Assembly (NCBI GenBank): GCA_964035545.1
Contig: OZ037770.1
Span: 3,256,662-3,320,661, forward strand
Reading direction: 5' to 3'
DNA: 64,000 nt
Source of the DNA: Bugula neritina
Lineage: Eukaryota > Animalia > Bryozoa
The position numbers and the translations under genes are program-made. The notes under the pieces are model-generated. The model did not search any database, was not told the DNA's origin, and saw only the letters and a program-made list of their open reading frames with translations. Every line of letters begins with the position of its first letter. Within the stretch, counting starts at the first letter, position 1. Shown in pieces: positions 23,316 to 44,231 of the stretch.

Positions 23316-23592
23316 TGTAGTAATTCGTGCAATTACTGTGCGTGGGTTCCTAGCTTTGTAATTATAGTCTATTTATCCACATCAATAAAGTATTTAAGTA
23401 AGATTCAATGAGGTTTATTTACTACTGAGTATATTGAAAGATACAAAAAGTACGCAGACTAGAAACACTACATCTTTACTCGTTTAGTACGCTCTCTCTA
23501 CTACTACTTTCCACATCGCTGAGGGTTATCACATGACACACTCTGATTGGCTAAAGGGGCTTGGGGGACGCGCGTATTATGTACTCACTACA
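23316..23592 (-). repeat. 5' LTR (277 bp)
   Basis: Direct repeat of 16004-16280; followed by the CTCT TSD. Confidence 0.97.
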
Positions 23593-24370
23593 CTCTCAGT
23601 TTGAATTGTTTCTCATAACGTTTCTCAAATTAAAAAAGAAATTATTGATTTTGCCATTTCACATTGCCGCAAGTAAACATTTTTGTTATAAGGCTCATCT
23701 TACCATTATTGTTTTCTGTAACATTTTTTACCTACAAAAATACTTTAGTTAATTTATGATTTAACAAAAATTAAATTACAGTGATGCATAATTTTTAAGA
23801 AAGTCTAAAACTGTGTCATTTATTCATAAAATAAAAATAATGACTAGAAGCCATGCTTTGTAAGTCTCGAAAATATGCGATTGAGTTTACTTTTTTTTCT
23901 TGTAGTTAGCAGTCAGCTATTGCTTTGTGTGCATCTAATAGTAAAGTTATAGCTAGTCAATACTACTACTAACACGAACACAGCATTATAGACATAAGCT
24001 TTTTGATCAAAGCTTTGGGGAATTGACTTTTGGTCAAACACATTTTGTGAAAGCTCTTTAGCAACATATTTTTGACTATTAGCTATTTTTGTCATTACAT
24101 GAGTCAGTGCAGAAGTAAAGGAAAAATTTGGCTGTACTCACTTGTCCAATTGTTCTCTTTCTGTTACTAAAGATGCACTTAACTTATACTCTATTGACAA
24201 AATCATTGTGAGTTTTTTATAAAAATGTAGACTGTTGCTAATAAGCATTAAACCGAGATTATCATTTTGCATCTTTATTTACCAAAACAAATGTATGATG
24301 TCAATTTTAAGGTACAAGTGAAATTGTCAACTATATTTAAAATTGGTTTATGGAGGTTACAGAAAACTGA

Positions 24371-31227
<6,857 letters not shown>

Positions 31228-31340
31228 TGTCAACCTTTTGAAGTAATAATGCAGCTGTAGTAGTTTGCAGCATTTTATATTCTGCACAAGCAATGACTAT
31301 CCAAAATTGAAGTCTTGATTATTTAAGGAGCAATAAATTC

Positions 31341-31357
31341 CATATGCTCCTTTCCCA
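31341..31357 (+). promoter_or_regulatory. Candidate PTF1-type composite site (E-box N4 TC-box)
   Basis: CATATG-CTCC-TTTCCCA, 114 bp upstream of the ATG; TATAAAA on the minus strand near 31275. Confidence 0.5.
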
Positions 31358-33839
31358 AACAAAAAATAAAATGTTATTTTATGTGTTGAATGGTTTTATT
31401 ACTTATTTAGCTTAGCAATTGTAGATATAATAAACTTAGCTTGAGTACCATATTGATAAATTGCAGCTGTTGAATTCTCAGACTATATAGATCATTATGT
31501 AGCAATTACATGTATACCACAATGTTGTTCTAACTGAGTTTTGAAAAAATGAATAATTGTCAATACAATAAATATTTTATACAGATTTATGTTCTGTTTC
31601 ATCAATGGAGATTGTTTTAAAATGATTTAAATGCCAAAATCTAAAATAATCTTTGTGCTCTTTAAAATTCAAATCTATTTATTTCATGTGTTATATAAGG
31701 TGAATACAATATATGACACTTTATAACATTACATTACAAATATTTTTATTAGCCATTTACACCAAAAACACAAGGAATATAGCTAGATGCAGTTGTCAAA
31801 GCAGGTTAAATAAGTTTGCAGCTATAGTAAGCACATGATATTAGGTTTTAACCCCAGTACAGGATAAACTCAGATGCAAAGAAGTTTGTTCAAGCATAAA
31901 TGCTCTTGCTTCATGTAGAGCAAATGTTATTTATCATTTAGCTATATGTTAAAATATTATATTGACCATTTTCTATTGCTTGATGCAGTGATACATGTAT
32001 AAGAGATAGTTTCTTACGACAACTTGTAAATACTTAAAATGAGCTTCTTTTTTAAATAATCCATTACTAGAGTTTTGACTTTTAACCTTTGACTTTTTTT
32101 TCTTTATTTCATGTTTGTTCATGTCTAATTATATTATAACCAGTATTTACACTAAACTTTGCAACATGTTGTCATGTCTGTAATATGCAATAAATGAATC
32201 AATGTAAACATGTAGACAAAGTAAAAGGTGCAACTGTGCATCATATCATCACCACTATTTATATATTTATAACCCTATAGCTGGTGCAACTTATATATAA
32301 TATAACAGTATACATGTAACTATATGCAATGATATATTAGTATAACTAAAACATTTATTTATTAGCGCATCTGCGCCACTATACATTGGGAAATTTAAAG
32401 ATTACTGGTTTCAAAAATTATATATTTATTTCTGCATTGACTGTCGTAGCAACTGGTAAGCATAAGCAAAACAAACTAGTAACCATGTGCTATAAAACTG
32501 TAAACTTTTTAGGAATAAACAACAAAACGCAACATATAAAATAATTGACAATGTAACTACCTTTTGTCTCATAAACAACGTAGCTATCGACTTGCACAAT
32601 TTATGTTGTAAAGTAGTTCAGGGAGAGAGAAACTTACAATGTTTGAATGACATAACCCACGAGTCTTTATCATGCCTTATATATATATATATATGTAAAT
32701 TTAGAATAGCTAAGAATAACATAGCCAGTGGGCCCACCAGTTGGCTACTCAACTGTGCTGATGGGCTACATATACACCCCCAATAGCAGGTTGCATAAAC
32801 ACCCAAACTATTGAATCAGTCAAACCACTCTGCTTGCTGTAATATATGTGTACATATATACCTTTATCAGCTTTTCCTTACAATTAGTAAAACTATAATG
32901 TATATAATAAACTAGTGACATTATATAATGTGCTATTACAACTGCATAGTATAAAATAAGAAAGTCATATAATATATTAATACAACAATAAATTTATATA
33001 TGTTACTGTATATATTATATTTTGTCTTTTTTACAAGCAAATAGAAATTATCTTAGCAAAGTTATTACCTCGTATTAACATATAGTTTATAAACTATAAT
33101 GACATATAAAGAGTGCTGCCCCAGTTACAAAGTATAGTGTACTTATCCATAAACTATGGTATCTTATATACAGAATGAGGCAGTGTCGAATACAAACATA
33201 TTTTCAAGGTGAATTACTCAGCACTTTACCCAATTATAGATTTCATTGAATGACTAATTAAAAGGTGTTTGAAACACATAAAACAAAAAGACTTTAAATG
33301 CATTAAACAGGTATTTTTCTTGAAAATATGTTTGTATTTGACAGTGTGTTATTCTATATATAAGGTACCATAGTTTAAGGATAATACTATATTTGGTGCC
33401 TGGGGTGGGGGGAATTCTTACATCTCATTGGCTAATTACAAAGCTCATTCTAAACCTGAAAAACATTTTAATCTTGTTGCTGATACAACTTATTTTTAGG
33501 AATATGGTGTACTTCATGAACAGTCAAATCATTGTTTTTGCTATTATATGCATAATAACAAACAAAGACTGCAAATTAATCAACTTCAACAGTTAAACTG
33601 TATACAAGTCTGTTTTGCCAAATATTTTTTGTCATTATTTGTTTATTCTTGCATATTTACAACACTAATAACTTTTCACTATAGTACCTTTAGAAGTCTT
33701 TATGTTTAGCAGGATAAAATAGGTTTTATTGTTACTAATGATAAAAATATTTTACAAAATGTTACAAGTTTGACAAAAATCACAAGATACATAATGTTTT
33801 CCTGGTTGCTTAGCAACGTTTTTTTTCAGAATTTTTTGT

Positions 33840-34912
33840 CAATGAAATTATCAAATAGCTTTCGACATCTGCGAGAAAAGCCCAAACTTCTTTTCCACTT
33901 TTTTGGATGTCACTCTCAAGACCAACAAATCCATTTGAAGCATTACCATCTGGTCTCAACTCCTATAAGGTGTACGAGTATTTAATACTAGCTTTTTCTT
34001 TTACCCTGCAGCTGGGAGCCTCATCTAAATTGAATAGAGACATTCAAGGTCAGTTTCTCATTTAATCATGTGACTATATAGGTATTTTTAGTTTATATAT
34101 GTATATATGTATATATGTATATATATGTGTATATATATGTTCATTTAAGTCTTACAACTGACATGCAAACTTTTTAGTAGTTTTTCATAAACAAATATAA
34201 CCAACTTAAAATAATTATAACTGTTAATTTGTTTTAGTTTTTGTCGTGTCAATTTTTATTTAGGCCTAATATAAAAAAACTTAAACCAAGTCAAATTTAC
34301 ATTTGCAAAACTGAATTAATGATTTAAACATCTCCCGTGCATATTATAGCATAAACAGTGCTTATTATTGGATGATCTTTCTCCAGCTTCTTCAACATAT
34401 TCACATGTTCGTCAGTTGTAGGCACCATTCTCCTCAGCTTGTGCCCTAACAACAGTTAGTTATGTAATACTTTTAAATAATTTTTATTCCCAGTGAAATG
34501 CTTTTATACAGCAAATCATGTTAAATGAAAATCATTTTTTAGCTTGACTAGACATGTTTAGGCATATTTGAGCATGTTTAGACATGTCAGGCGTGCCCAA
34601 ACATGCTTAGTCATATTCAGGCATGTTTATGCAAATTTAGACATGTTTAGTCATGCAAAGACCTTTTATTATTCATCCAATCTGTAAATTACTACAACAC
34701 TTTAATACTTGCTTAATACACTTGAAATATATATTTTTTGCTTAATTTTGTTTTTTTTTGGTACTTTTTTAGAACTTTTCGAATAAAAAATTACTCATAT
34801 GTTTTCTTAAAGTTAGAAGTTGTCAAATTTCACCAACATACCCTGTGTAGAGCTTTTTAGCAGTGCAAAGCACACTTAGCCCTGTAAGCAGCACTACTAC
34901 CAACAGCCTCAT
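33840..34912 (-). pseudogene. Chimeric carboxypeptidase pseudogene
   Basis: Exons 1-2 (about 34842-34912 and 34366-34445; exon 2 donor GT>AT) resemble paralog 1. A decayed last exon (~33840-34025) resembles paralog 2. Exons 3-10 are absent. Confidence 0.88.
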
Positions 34913-36859
34913 TGTTAACCTTTTGAAGTAATAATGCAGCTGTAGTAGTTTAATGCAGCATTTTATATTCCGAACAAGCAATGATTAGCAAAAGTTAAAG
35001 TCCTGCTAATTTAAGGAGCAATAAACTCTATATGTTTGTTCTTCAGGGAAGCAACATTATTTTATCTGTCAAATGGTTAATACTTTAGTTTAGCAAGTAG
35101 AGATATAGTAAACTGCAGCTGTTGAATTTTCAAACTGTAGATCTGTGGTAGCCCAAATTTTATGTATACCATCACTTTCACTTATTGTAACTCAAATGCT
35201 AAGGACCTTTTAATCACAAGTCACACGTATTAGAATATATAAACTAGCACAAGCATAGTCTACAATAACAGGAAGTGCAAAAGGTTTACTAATACTATTC
35301 ACTAGTTTCAACAACCCTTAGTTTTGAGTGGTGCATTCACATCCCTGACTCTGACCGGTTTGTAGCTGTGTGCGGTAGACTGTGATCATTCTTTTATTAC
35401 ATGCAACACTTTAAGAGCAGATTGTATGTCACCCTAACTATTTTACATGTTTGAATAAAAAAACATCGACCTAAATGATTTGTGGGCACTGATAACTCTA
35501 ATTTGAGAAACATGGGACTCTGATCGTTTTATCGGTGGTGTCTTCAAATTGTCTATTAGCCAGTTTCAGCAACATGACGCAACTAATAAACCATGAGTTG
35601 CAACTGTCAAAGTGACTAAAATTATGTCCAAAATAATATATCAATGTGTCACAAAAAGAGTTTGATTTAATTTAAATTAAATACTTTAGAAGTATAATAT
35701 GTGATATGAATGCACTAATACATATATAGGTGTAGAGCCAGATATAGTATGTTATATTATGTTAAAATTTTATATTCACCTTTTTCTATTCCTTGGTGCA
35801 GTTACATAACTTTGCACATATAAATAAGCATGTATACAAAGTAAAATTAGGTAATGTACAACTGTGTAATTTAATATATTATTAAAATTACTGTTATATA
35901 GTTGTATATAGTAGTAGACTAGCTATAATATATAGTGCAACTTTTATATAATATATACCAGTATAACTGTGCAATAATATATAACTAGTATATATACAAA
36001 TAAAGTATTGTTATAGTAAAACTATATAATTTGTTTGTGAAACTGTATAATATGTTAGTAAAACTGCCTAATATAATATCATAAAAATTATATAATTCAA
36101 TATAATATAATAAAATCAAATCAAATAATATATTACTATGCAGTTTTTATATTATTTTATGTCTTTTCACAAATTATAAGTCCATATTATTTACATTAAA
36201 TATAAATTTATTTTATAACTTCGAATCGGTTCCAACGAATGCAGCCTGTTTCGTATCTTAACATTTTTATTTTATTTTTTTAAACACCCTTTATTTAGCC
36301 ATTTAATGAAATCTACTGAGTAACGTGCTAGAAAAAAGAATTTCAGTTTTATAGTATGGGAATTCATTTTGAAAAGAGCAATTTTGGGAATTATTTTCAT
36401 ATTTGACACTGCATTACTTTACCTATAAGATATTATATAGTTCATGAATAACACTATACTTGGTGACTGGGGGGCAAGTAGTTTTATATACCACAGGCTA
36501 ATGACAAAGCTTGTACTATTATATGTAAAAATAATTCAAACTTTTGCTCAATATGCAATGATTTTTTGAAATTTTGGTATATCATTGTTTTACATATAGT
36601 ATATGCATAAAAGTGACAAAACAGAGAAAATGCAAATGAATCTACTTTATTGATCAAATTACATAAATTGTTTTGTTTTACATGTTATTATTTGTTTGAT
36701 AATGCACACGCATTTACAGCAAGATTGCATTTTAATAAGTAGCTTTAAGGCTCTTCATGTTTAGCAAAATTATTTATCCTTTATTGTTACTTAACCAAAA
36801 GATAACATAAACAATGTTTTATTAGTTGCTTAGCAACCTCTCTATTTAAAAAGCAGTGT

Positions 36860-39800
36860 TCATACATTCATCAAATAGCCTGCTACAGCTGCAAGAGAAG
36901 CCCAAACTTCTTCTCCACTCGGTTGGATCTCACTCTCAGGAACAACGAATCCATCCCAAGCATTACCATCTGGTCTCAGTTCATAGGTGTACGAGTACTT
37001 GATACCTGCTTTTTCTTTCGCCCAATCATATGCACCGCCAGATGCCTCATCTAAATCAAATCGGAAATGTCAAGGTCAGTTTCTAATTTACTCATAAGAT
37101 TAGGCCTTGTTAGTTTACAATATTATTTTTTATTTCAATGAGATTTATTTGGTGAGAATTATATAAATGAAATTGCTGTACAACCTTTAAAAACATTTGC
37201 TTGCCAAATGCTTCAGCAAAAAATATTCCACACCTAAAGAGAATACACTGCTCACTCATTGTACATAATATATTTAACTTACAGAGTATATCAGGAGGTG
37301 TACCAACAATGAACTGCGTGCCATGGACACCAAACAGTGCTTCGTTTCCAATATTTGCTGCCTCTAGCTAAAAAGTACATTGTATAAAGAGGTCATTTAT
37401 GCTGTTAGAAGAATCATAGTGGTTCTTGTGCAATTGAACCCTTCAAATGTGATTATATTATAGTGGTACGTTCATACGCATTATAATTTTTCCATAGTGA
37501 TGAATATTTTAAACAACCCTGAGTTTATAAATATAGCACTTTGTAAATTTTAGTTTTAGATTACCCCTTGGTCGTTTTGTGATTCTACTGTAGCCCAAAT
37601 AGTATAATGATTAGTATGCTGGTTTGCAAGCCAGAAGTGTGAGGTTCAATTCCCAATTGGGGCAAATTTTTTGAAAGTTTTTTCATCTCTAGATTAGGTT
37701 AGGTACTAGTCCTAAGAACCTGAGGGGCTGGTAAAGCTCAGAAATCAACAGAGAAGTGGAGGGGTGAACTAGGTAAAGTTTTGAAGAACTGGGTAGAGTG
37801 TGGTATAGTTGTGGTTAGCATGCAGACACACAAATTAAGAGACTGAAGTTGGATTTCTGGTGTGGGCAGAAATTTTACAATCTCAAACATTACAAACATG
37901 TCAGCAACTAAATATTTTTAATATAATTTTTAGCATTCCCCTCAATTGATCTTTTTGTTGATTTAGAAATTATACGATTCAATATCACTTGTTGAATATG
38001 TGTGTCAGGCAGAATATTAATCAAAACTTAGAAATAAGGGCTTTGGATTTCTCCCTTATATGAAATTGGAAAGTATCTTTTTGCATAAATTAACTGTTCA
38101 GATCCACCCACCAGTTCAGAATAGTCAGATGGTTTAGCGGAGCCCCAGGCCCAGGGGGTGAGCCACATCTGGGAGTAAGAGTGAACCCCCATGTACAGCT
38201 TTACTCTGGAGGCTATCTGCAAGATTTTGTTCTTCATGTTCACCACGCAGGGTTCAGTAAAAGCCTGAGGACCACCGTATGTCTGGGTACAGGGGTTTGT
38301 ACTGGTACCCGATACTGTAATAGAAAAAAAAGATGAGGTTTATTGTCTAAATATATTTATAAAGTGTTGAAATAAAAATTGAATAGCTTTTTTTCATAGA
38401 CTGCATTCATTTAACAGTCTAAAATGTTGAAATATAAAAATCATCACCTCCCCAGTGAGCATCCCAATTCCGGTTTGGATCAGTTCCTATACATTGATTG
38501 TTGGGGTTGATCGTTCTGGTCTTCCGCCACAGTCTATCCTGCAATAGCATTATTTCATTTTCAGTTTTATATAACTATCAATTCTCACTGCAGAGTTAGA
38601 AAACATAGTTATTCAAAGTTTTCCTTTATTAATTTTTTTGATCAGCTAATTAAAAAGAAACATCAAGCTGATTGAGATTATAGAAGCCAATTGAAAATTA
38701 GTATTACTTTTTATTTATGATGCCATATAAACATTTACTATAAAAAATAAATCAACACGAATAAGTGCATTATAAGTGGAGAATGCAAACTATAGTCCCT
38801 TAACATAATTGTGAGGAATAACATTATGAGGTAGAAGAAAATATTTAAATTTACAGCCGCGACTGATTATCTTATAAACTAGCATCTAAATTAATTTAGT
38901 GTGATTTCATAAAACAACTCAATAAAGTTTAGATTATTTTTTAGTGCGGCTGATATAGCAAAGAACTTGCATACAAAAAATCTAGCAAAGAGAGTATTAA
39001 ATTTTCAATATAATTAAAGCCTATATATGTATTTACAATAGATGTAAGTGAGCCAGATAGATACTGAACTTACGAGGTAAGTGAGATTAGTAAACAGTAT
39101 AATAGACTTACAGTATATAAGAAAGTCTAGTTTAAATAAACTGCTAAACTTACATTGGTATGAGTGTATTCGTATCCATCTGGGTTAGCAATTGGCAGGA
39201 AGTACCAATCATACTGATCCATCAGCTCTTTCACTTTACTATTTGTGTTGTAACTCGTCAACATCTGTAACAGACGTGCGTGTCATGCTCGCTAAGTTTT
39301 ACGCTGCCAAAGTTTTTTACATTATGGCTTTACTGCAGAATGATGTAATAGCATAATACTAAAATATCTACTATAATGGATATTTAATTCAAGCAGTTGA
39401 AGTCTCAGCTAGCTTACAACTAATATAACAATTAAAATTTATTTTTTAGTTTTTTGTGTCTCCCTAATTAGGTCATCTCTCGACACTTCCCTCTTGCTGT
39501 GTCAAATTAAACCTTTTCCACCATTATCATTCAATAATTTGTTGTGTCTTAGACAATCTAGAGCTTTAAACATGTAGTTGCATAGCCTACATGCATTCAT
39601 AAATAATATTTCATCTCACTATTGATTTCAATACATGGCACACTTACCATGTTGATAATCCAGATGGTTGTGCCTACAGTCAGCCATTCTCTAGCGTGAA
39701 TTCCAGAATCTACCCAGATGATTGGTTTCTCTGCGGAGCCCCTGCTTATAGGAGCACCTATCTGTTGGTTATGATATATACAGAGAGAACTCAGTATACT

Positions 39801-42785
39801 GCATGTATCAACAAAGGGCGTACAAACTAGGCTGTAACTTTATATAAAGAAAACCGAAGCTATTGTAGGCGATATAGTTTTATGCAACATGCTTAAGTCA
39901 ATTTTTTAACTAAAACTTTTAATTTAAAATTAGTGCCTAAAACATTTCAAAGTAAGGCACTTCAAGTTGTTTTTTATTTCTTGGCTCAAAATTCAATGAC
40001 TCTTTATTTTTCACTTCTAATGGTTAGTAATTCATAGTCTAATTGGACTTGATTTCTTTTTTATGCAAACTGTTTTTAGTTATAGTTCCGTCATTTTAAT
40101 ATTTGAAACAATAGACAATACAATAACTTTCTGTAAATTAAAATTAAAATAGCTATACAGCACCGGCTTTATATTACTTTTTTAAGTTCAGGTCTTTGAT
40201 ATAATGCCTGCAAGAAAGTATTTGTGTCACAGTAAAAGTCTTTAATTAATCACGATGCTACTATATATAATATTCAAAGCAACAGTCTTTTATAGATAGC
40301 TTAAAATTCCTTTACAATATCAGGAGCTTAATTTCAAAAAAAAGAAGGCTTCAAATCAAGGTTAACAAATTTAGCTCATATGCTTCACTTCTTTACTCAG
40401 TTATTTCCTAATTAGATTTGTAATAATAAACTCATTACCTTGATGATAGTCTGCACTCTGGCCCGATACGACACCCCTATATCTTCCACCTTAGCCAGAT
40501 CTGGATACTGGTTGGCCATCTGGTAAAGCCAGTTCTGAACCTGCATGTATAGAGTCAATACTAGCAAAGTATGGTAATCAAAGTATATAAAAATTAAAAT
40601 CAATTGTTTGCAGCTTATGAATTTAGTTGTTATAAAGTCATACAATTACTAAAAATGGTACTATAGAAGGAAGAGTTGAAATGCATATTATGTAGAAACT
40701 GATGTGGTATTCCCATAGCTATACCTCGTGTAAAGCAGCATTGCTCGAAGTTGATGCAATCAAAAATTTCACATGATATAGATTATTGTTTATTACATTC
40801 TTAAATTATTCAATTATTATATTATCTAGTGATTTTATTTGACATAATTTAGGCTGCAGCAGTTCCCTATTCTATTCTATTCTATTGTAATTTTGATGAC
40901 CAAGTTAACAGCGCATTTAGATCTATACATAGATTTAAAACTAAATTAGAATAATGTCAGCTGTTGAAGCAGATAAATGTGCCAGTTGCTATAAAATATA
41001 TTTACTATGATTCTATAAATTTATAATAATATTTCCTATTTAAATTTTGATATAAAATACAAATGTTTATTCAATAGTATTACGCTTACGTCTCTATGGC
41101 GAGGAAATGTTCCAACAACGTTTAGTGTGGAAGCAGAGTTAAGTGAAGTTTTCATTGATGTTGAGGGATGTTTTTCAATCAATCTGAAAACAATTTATAG
41201 TAATTTGAAATACATCAAAATGGCAGCTTAATATGCGGTTTGCTAAAAACACAGCACCTATAAGCGTTTTCAAAAACTGTAGGCCTAATCATGAAATAAG
41301 TAATTAGTAATTATAATAAGTTTTTATTTGGTTAGTTTTGAAGCTGTACAGCCACAGTAAGCAGCTGCAAGAATGTTTTATATACAGGTTGTAAAAATGA
41401 TCAGCATTTAAATCGATATAAAATAATTCAAATTAGGAAAAACTATTAATATATATATTTAAATGTATAACTTGGCAGTTCGTTGATATATAGCTTGAAA
41501 TCACATGATATGTCAAATTATAAGTTTAATGTTGTGCGTACATAATAATGCGTGATTGCATAATTTATAATGTGCATTTTGTAAAATTTAAAAAATGCAT
41601 GATGTTCATATAATAAATCCAAAAAAAATTATGTTTTAAAGAATCAAAAACTAACAAACTCCCAGCAGGCAATTTTGTGATGTCATATGTGGGTACAATC
41701 CCCCCACATAAGGTTCATAGTCTAAACTCTAATATATAGATAAAAACTATTGGCTGTTTACAGAGATATAAATAATTTGAACAGAAATGCTTGTGTTTTT
41801 AATTATATATTATGATATTATTATTCCTAAGTTCTTATAGTAAAATAATTATTATAATTAGGTATAGTGAAATTCTTACAAGATATAAAATAATTATACA
41901 ACTTACTTCTGCAAATCCTGATGAATCACTTCAGATCTCAGTCCGACATTAGCAAGAACATTCCGGAAGTAATCAGAAACACCTGGTGGGATGTTCACAT
42001 CCACATTCCTGTTCTTAGCCGGCTCCGTCCAAAAATCGAGCTAAAAATATTATATTGAATGATGTTAATTTTTTTTCTAAAATCAATTTTCTTATTTGAT
42101 TGCAAGCAGCTATAATGCTTACAGCATCTCATAACAATTTGGATTGGTGAAAAATAGAAACTGATAAACTCCTACAATATATAATTTTACCTATCACACT
42201 CCCAATGGTTATAATCAGAAGGCTGTTTCTTATATATATAGTAAATAGGCTTTTGTTGGTTTTTTAAAAAAAAATTATTCTCTCACCATGGGATAGTCTT
42301 CTTCCAGTTTTTTCAAAATTTGCACTTGTTGATCATTCACTGGCACTATTCGCATCAGCTTGTGACTTAAAAAGATAGCAACGTGAGACTAACTGTTATA
42401 TATTTTAATAATAAAATATGGTAAAAATTGGAAACAAATACTTGCAGTCTACTTTTTTTATAACCATAGAAAACAGATAAGCTTTATTTTTTTAATTTCT
42501 TTAATTTTTCTACAAAATAAAAGCTTTTATATCAGCAGTATTTAATATTATATCAATATATCTTGAATAAAAAAATTACACTCTGTTGACTTTTAAATAA
42601 ATTTTTTTTATATATAAATGTCAATAAACTTATTTGTATTTTAAACTTATTAAAAATTACATTGTATTTTGTAAGTAATGAAGGGCAACACTTTTTATAA
42701 TCATTATAACTTACTTTGTGTAGGATTTCTTTGCTGCTGTAAAACAGCAAAGCGCAAGAACAGCTAACAACGCAGCCAACTTCAT
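36860..42785 (-). CDS. M14A pro-metallocarboxypeptidase, paralog 2, 11 exons
   Basis: Signal [18 protein letters not shown]; same motifs and intron positions as paralog 1. Approximate exons 42715-42785, 42287-42366, 41907-42040, 41090-41184, 40439-40540, 39648-39761, 39154-39264, 38448-38538, 38112-38314, 37283-37367, 36860-37050. Ends ..[11 protein letters not shown]. Confidence 0.95.
37595..37875 (+). mobile_element. Two tRNA-like SINE head remnants
   Basis: AGTATAATGATTAG...GGTTCAATTCCC and TAGTTGTGGTTAGC...GTTGGATTTC resemble Pol III A/B boxes. Confidence 0.4.
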
Positions 42786-42896
42786 CTTTCCCTTTAGATT
42801 CAGCACACTGCTTCTACAAGCAAACTAACTCAAATAAAACTGTTACTTCAGAAAGTTGGAAAGGAATTGCTCGATATATGTTTCAAGAGTTGAACC

Positions 42897-42913
42897 CACA
42901 TGTTGCATTCCCA
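42897..42913 (+). promoter_or_regulatory. Candidate PTF1-type composite site (E-box N4 TC-box)
   Basis: CACATG-TTGC-ATTCCCA, 112 bp upstream of the ATG; three more CACCTG/CAGGTG E-boxes at ~43001-43030. Confidence 0.5.
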
Positions 42914-44231
42914 AATTGTTAGGTTAACTTTTCATTAGACTATCCACTCAAGGTTCTACTTGTGATCTGAGATAACGATATCAAGGGTGGCTTTTGAGAG
43001 CACCTGCTGCAGGTGAGAAAGTAGCAGGTGTCAGATGTCAAAATGTCAAAATCTCAATATATTATAGAAATCTAATTCTGAAATATAATTAATTAATTTA
43101 CACATTTGTTCAATTTGATATGTTTGACCTTGATGTGCATACTTTAGTAGTAATTTGTTTTCTCGCTATCTGTTGAAATGTTTAATTCACGCATATAAGA
43201 CTACAAAAGTCATTTTAACATATTATAGGAAAGAAAAAGAAAATTTTAAAAAATTTAGTAAAACATTTTTTTCATATAAGTTATAGCCACTCTCAAATAT
43301 TCTATGTAAACTGATTTACATATAAAATGTTATATTGAGGTTCCTATAATTGAAAGAGGAGTCACTTCATTGTGTCCCATGCTTGTGTCAATTGTGGAGT
43401 TATGCTTTCCTGGAAACATTTTTTGCTTGCAATGTCTGACACTTAATAAAATAACTTTTACAGAATTTTAAGCGGAATGCAAGTCATTTGTTATAAGAGA
43501 AGACAACTCTGTAGAGAGTATATGATACGGTAACCAGTAAGTGAATAACCGATAAGCGCCACACAGAGTTCATTGGCTGATAGGTTTCTAGTTACAATAA
43601 TACAACTACAATACTAATTGTTGATTGTGTTAACAATATAAAAACATCATTGATCAATAAATATATACCAGCTACTGTTTTGAATAAGATCTTTTAACAA
43701 CTGAGAAATTTATTTTGAGAAATTAAAACTTTTAATTGAGAATAAAAAGTTTCCATAGAAGCAAAAACTTTTTTTGTTATTCAACATGTTAAAGTAAATT
43801 TATTTGCATATTTGTGCATATGCAGTTATTATAAGCAGTGGTGATGGTAAACAGTTATGCAAAAAGTCTTTTTTTAAAAAAACAAATTCAAATTTATTAG
43901 AATTGTACTGGAAAGAGCTGTGAGGTAAACATACATGTATATAAAAACATGTCTTGAAGATCTCTCTGCAGAGACATACATTGTATTACTTGACATTAAA
44001 TGTAGAAAATCACTCAATATAAAAGAAAAATTTGAAAAACTGGTGTTTGGCAAAAGAAAATATTTTAAAAATAACTATGAGTATAGCAAGTTTTCAGTCC
44101 AAACATAAAAACCTGCATTTTAGAGAAGCTGGTATATACTAAGACACATAATTTTAATAAGTAACACAAATTCATAAAAAAGAAATATCTTTTGATTTTA
44201 TGCATATTAGTTTTCAAACGGTATCTTTTTG

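Larger units (their letters stand above)
16004..23592 (-). mobile_element. Full-length Ty3/Gypsy LTR retrotransposon
   Basis: Two 277-bp TG..CA LTRs, CTCT target-site duplication, tRNA PBS, G-rich PPT at 16281-16291, gag-PR-RT-RH-IN order. Confidence 0.98.
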
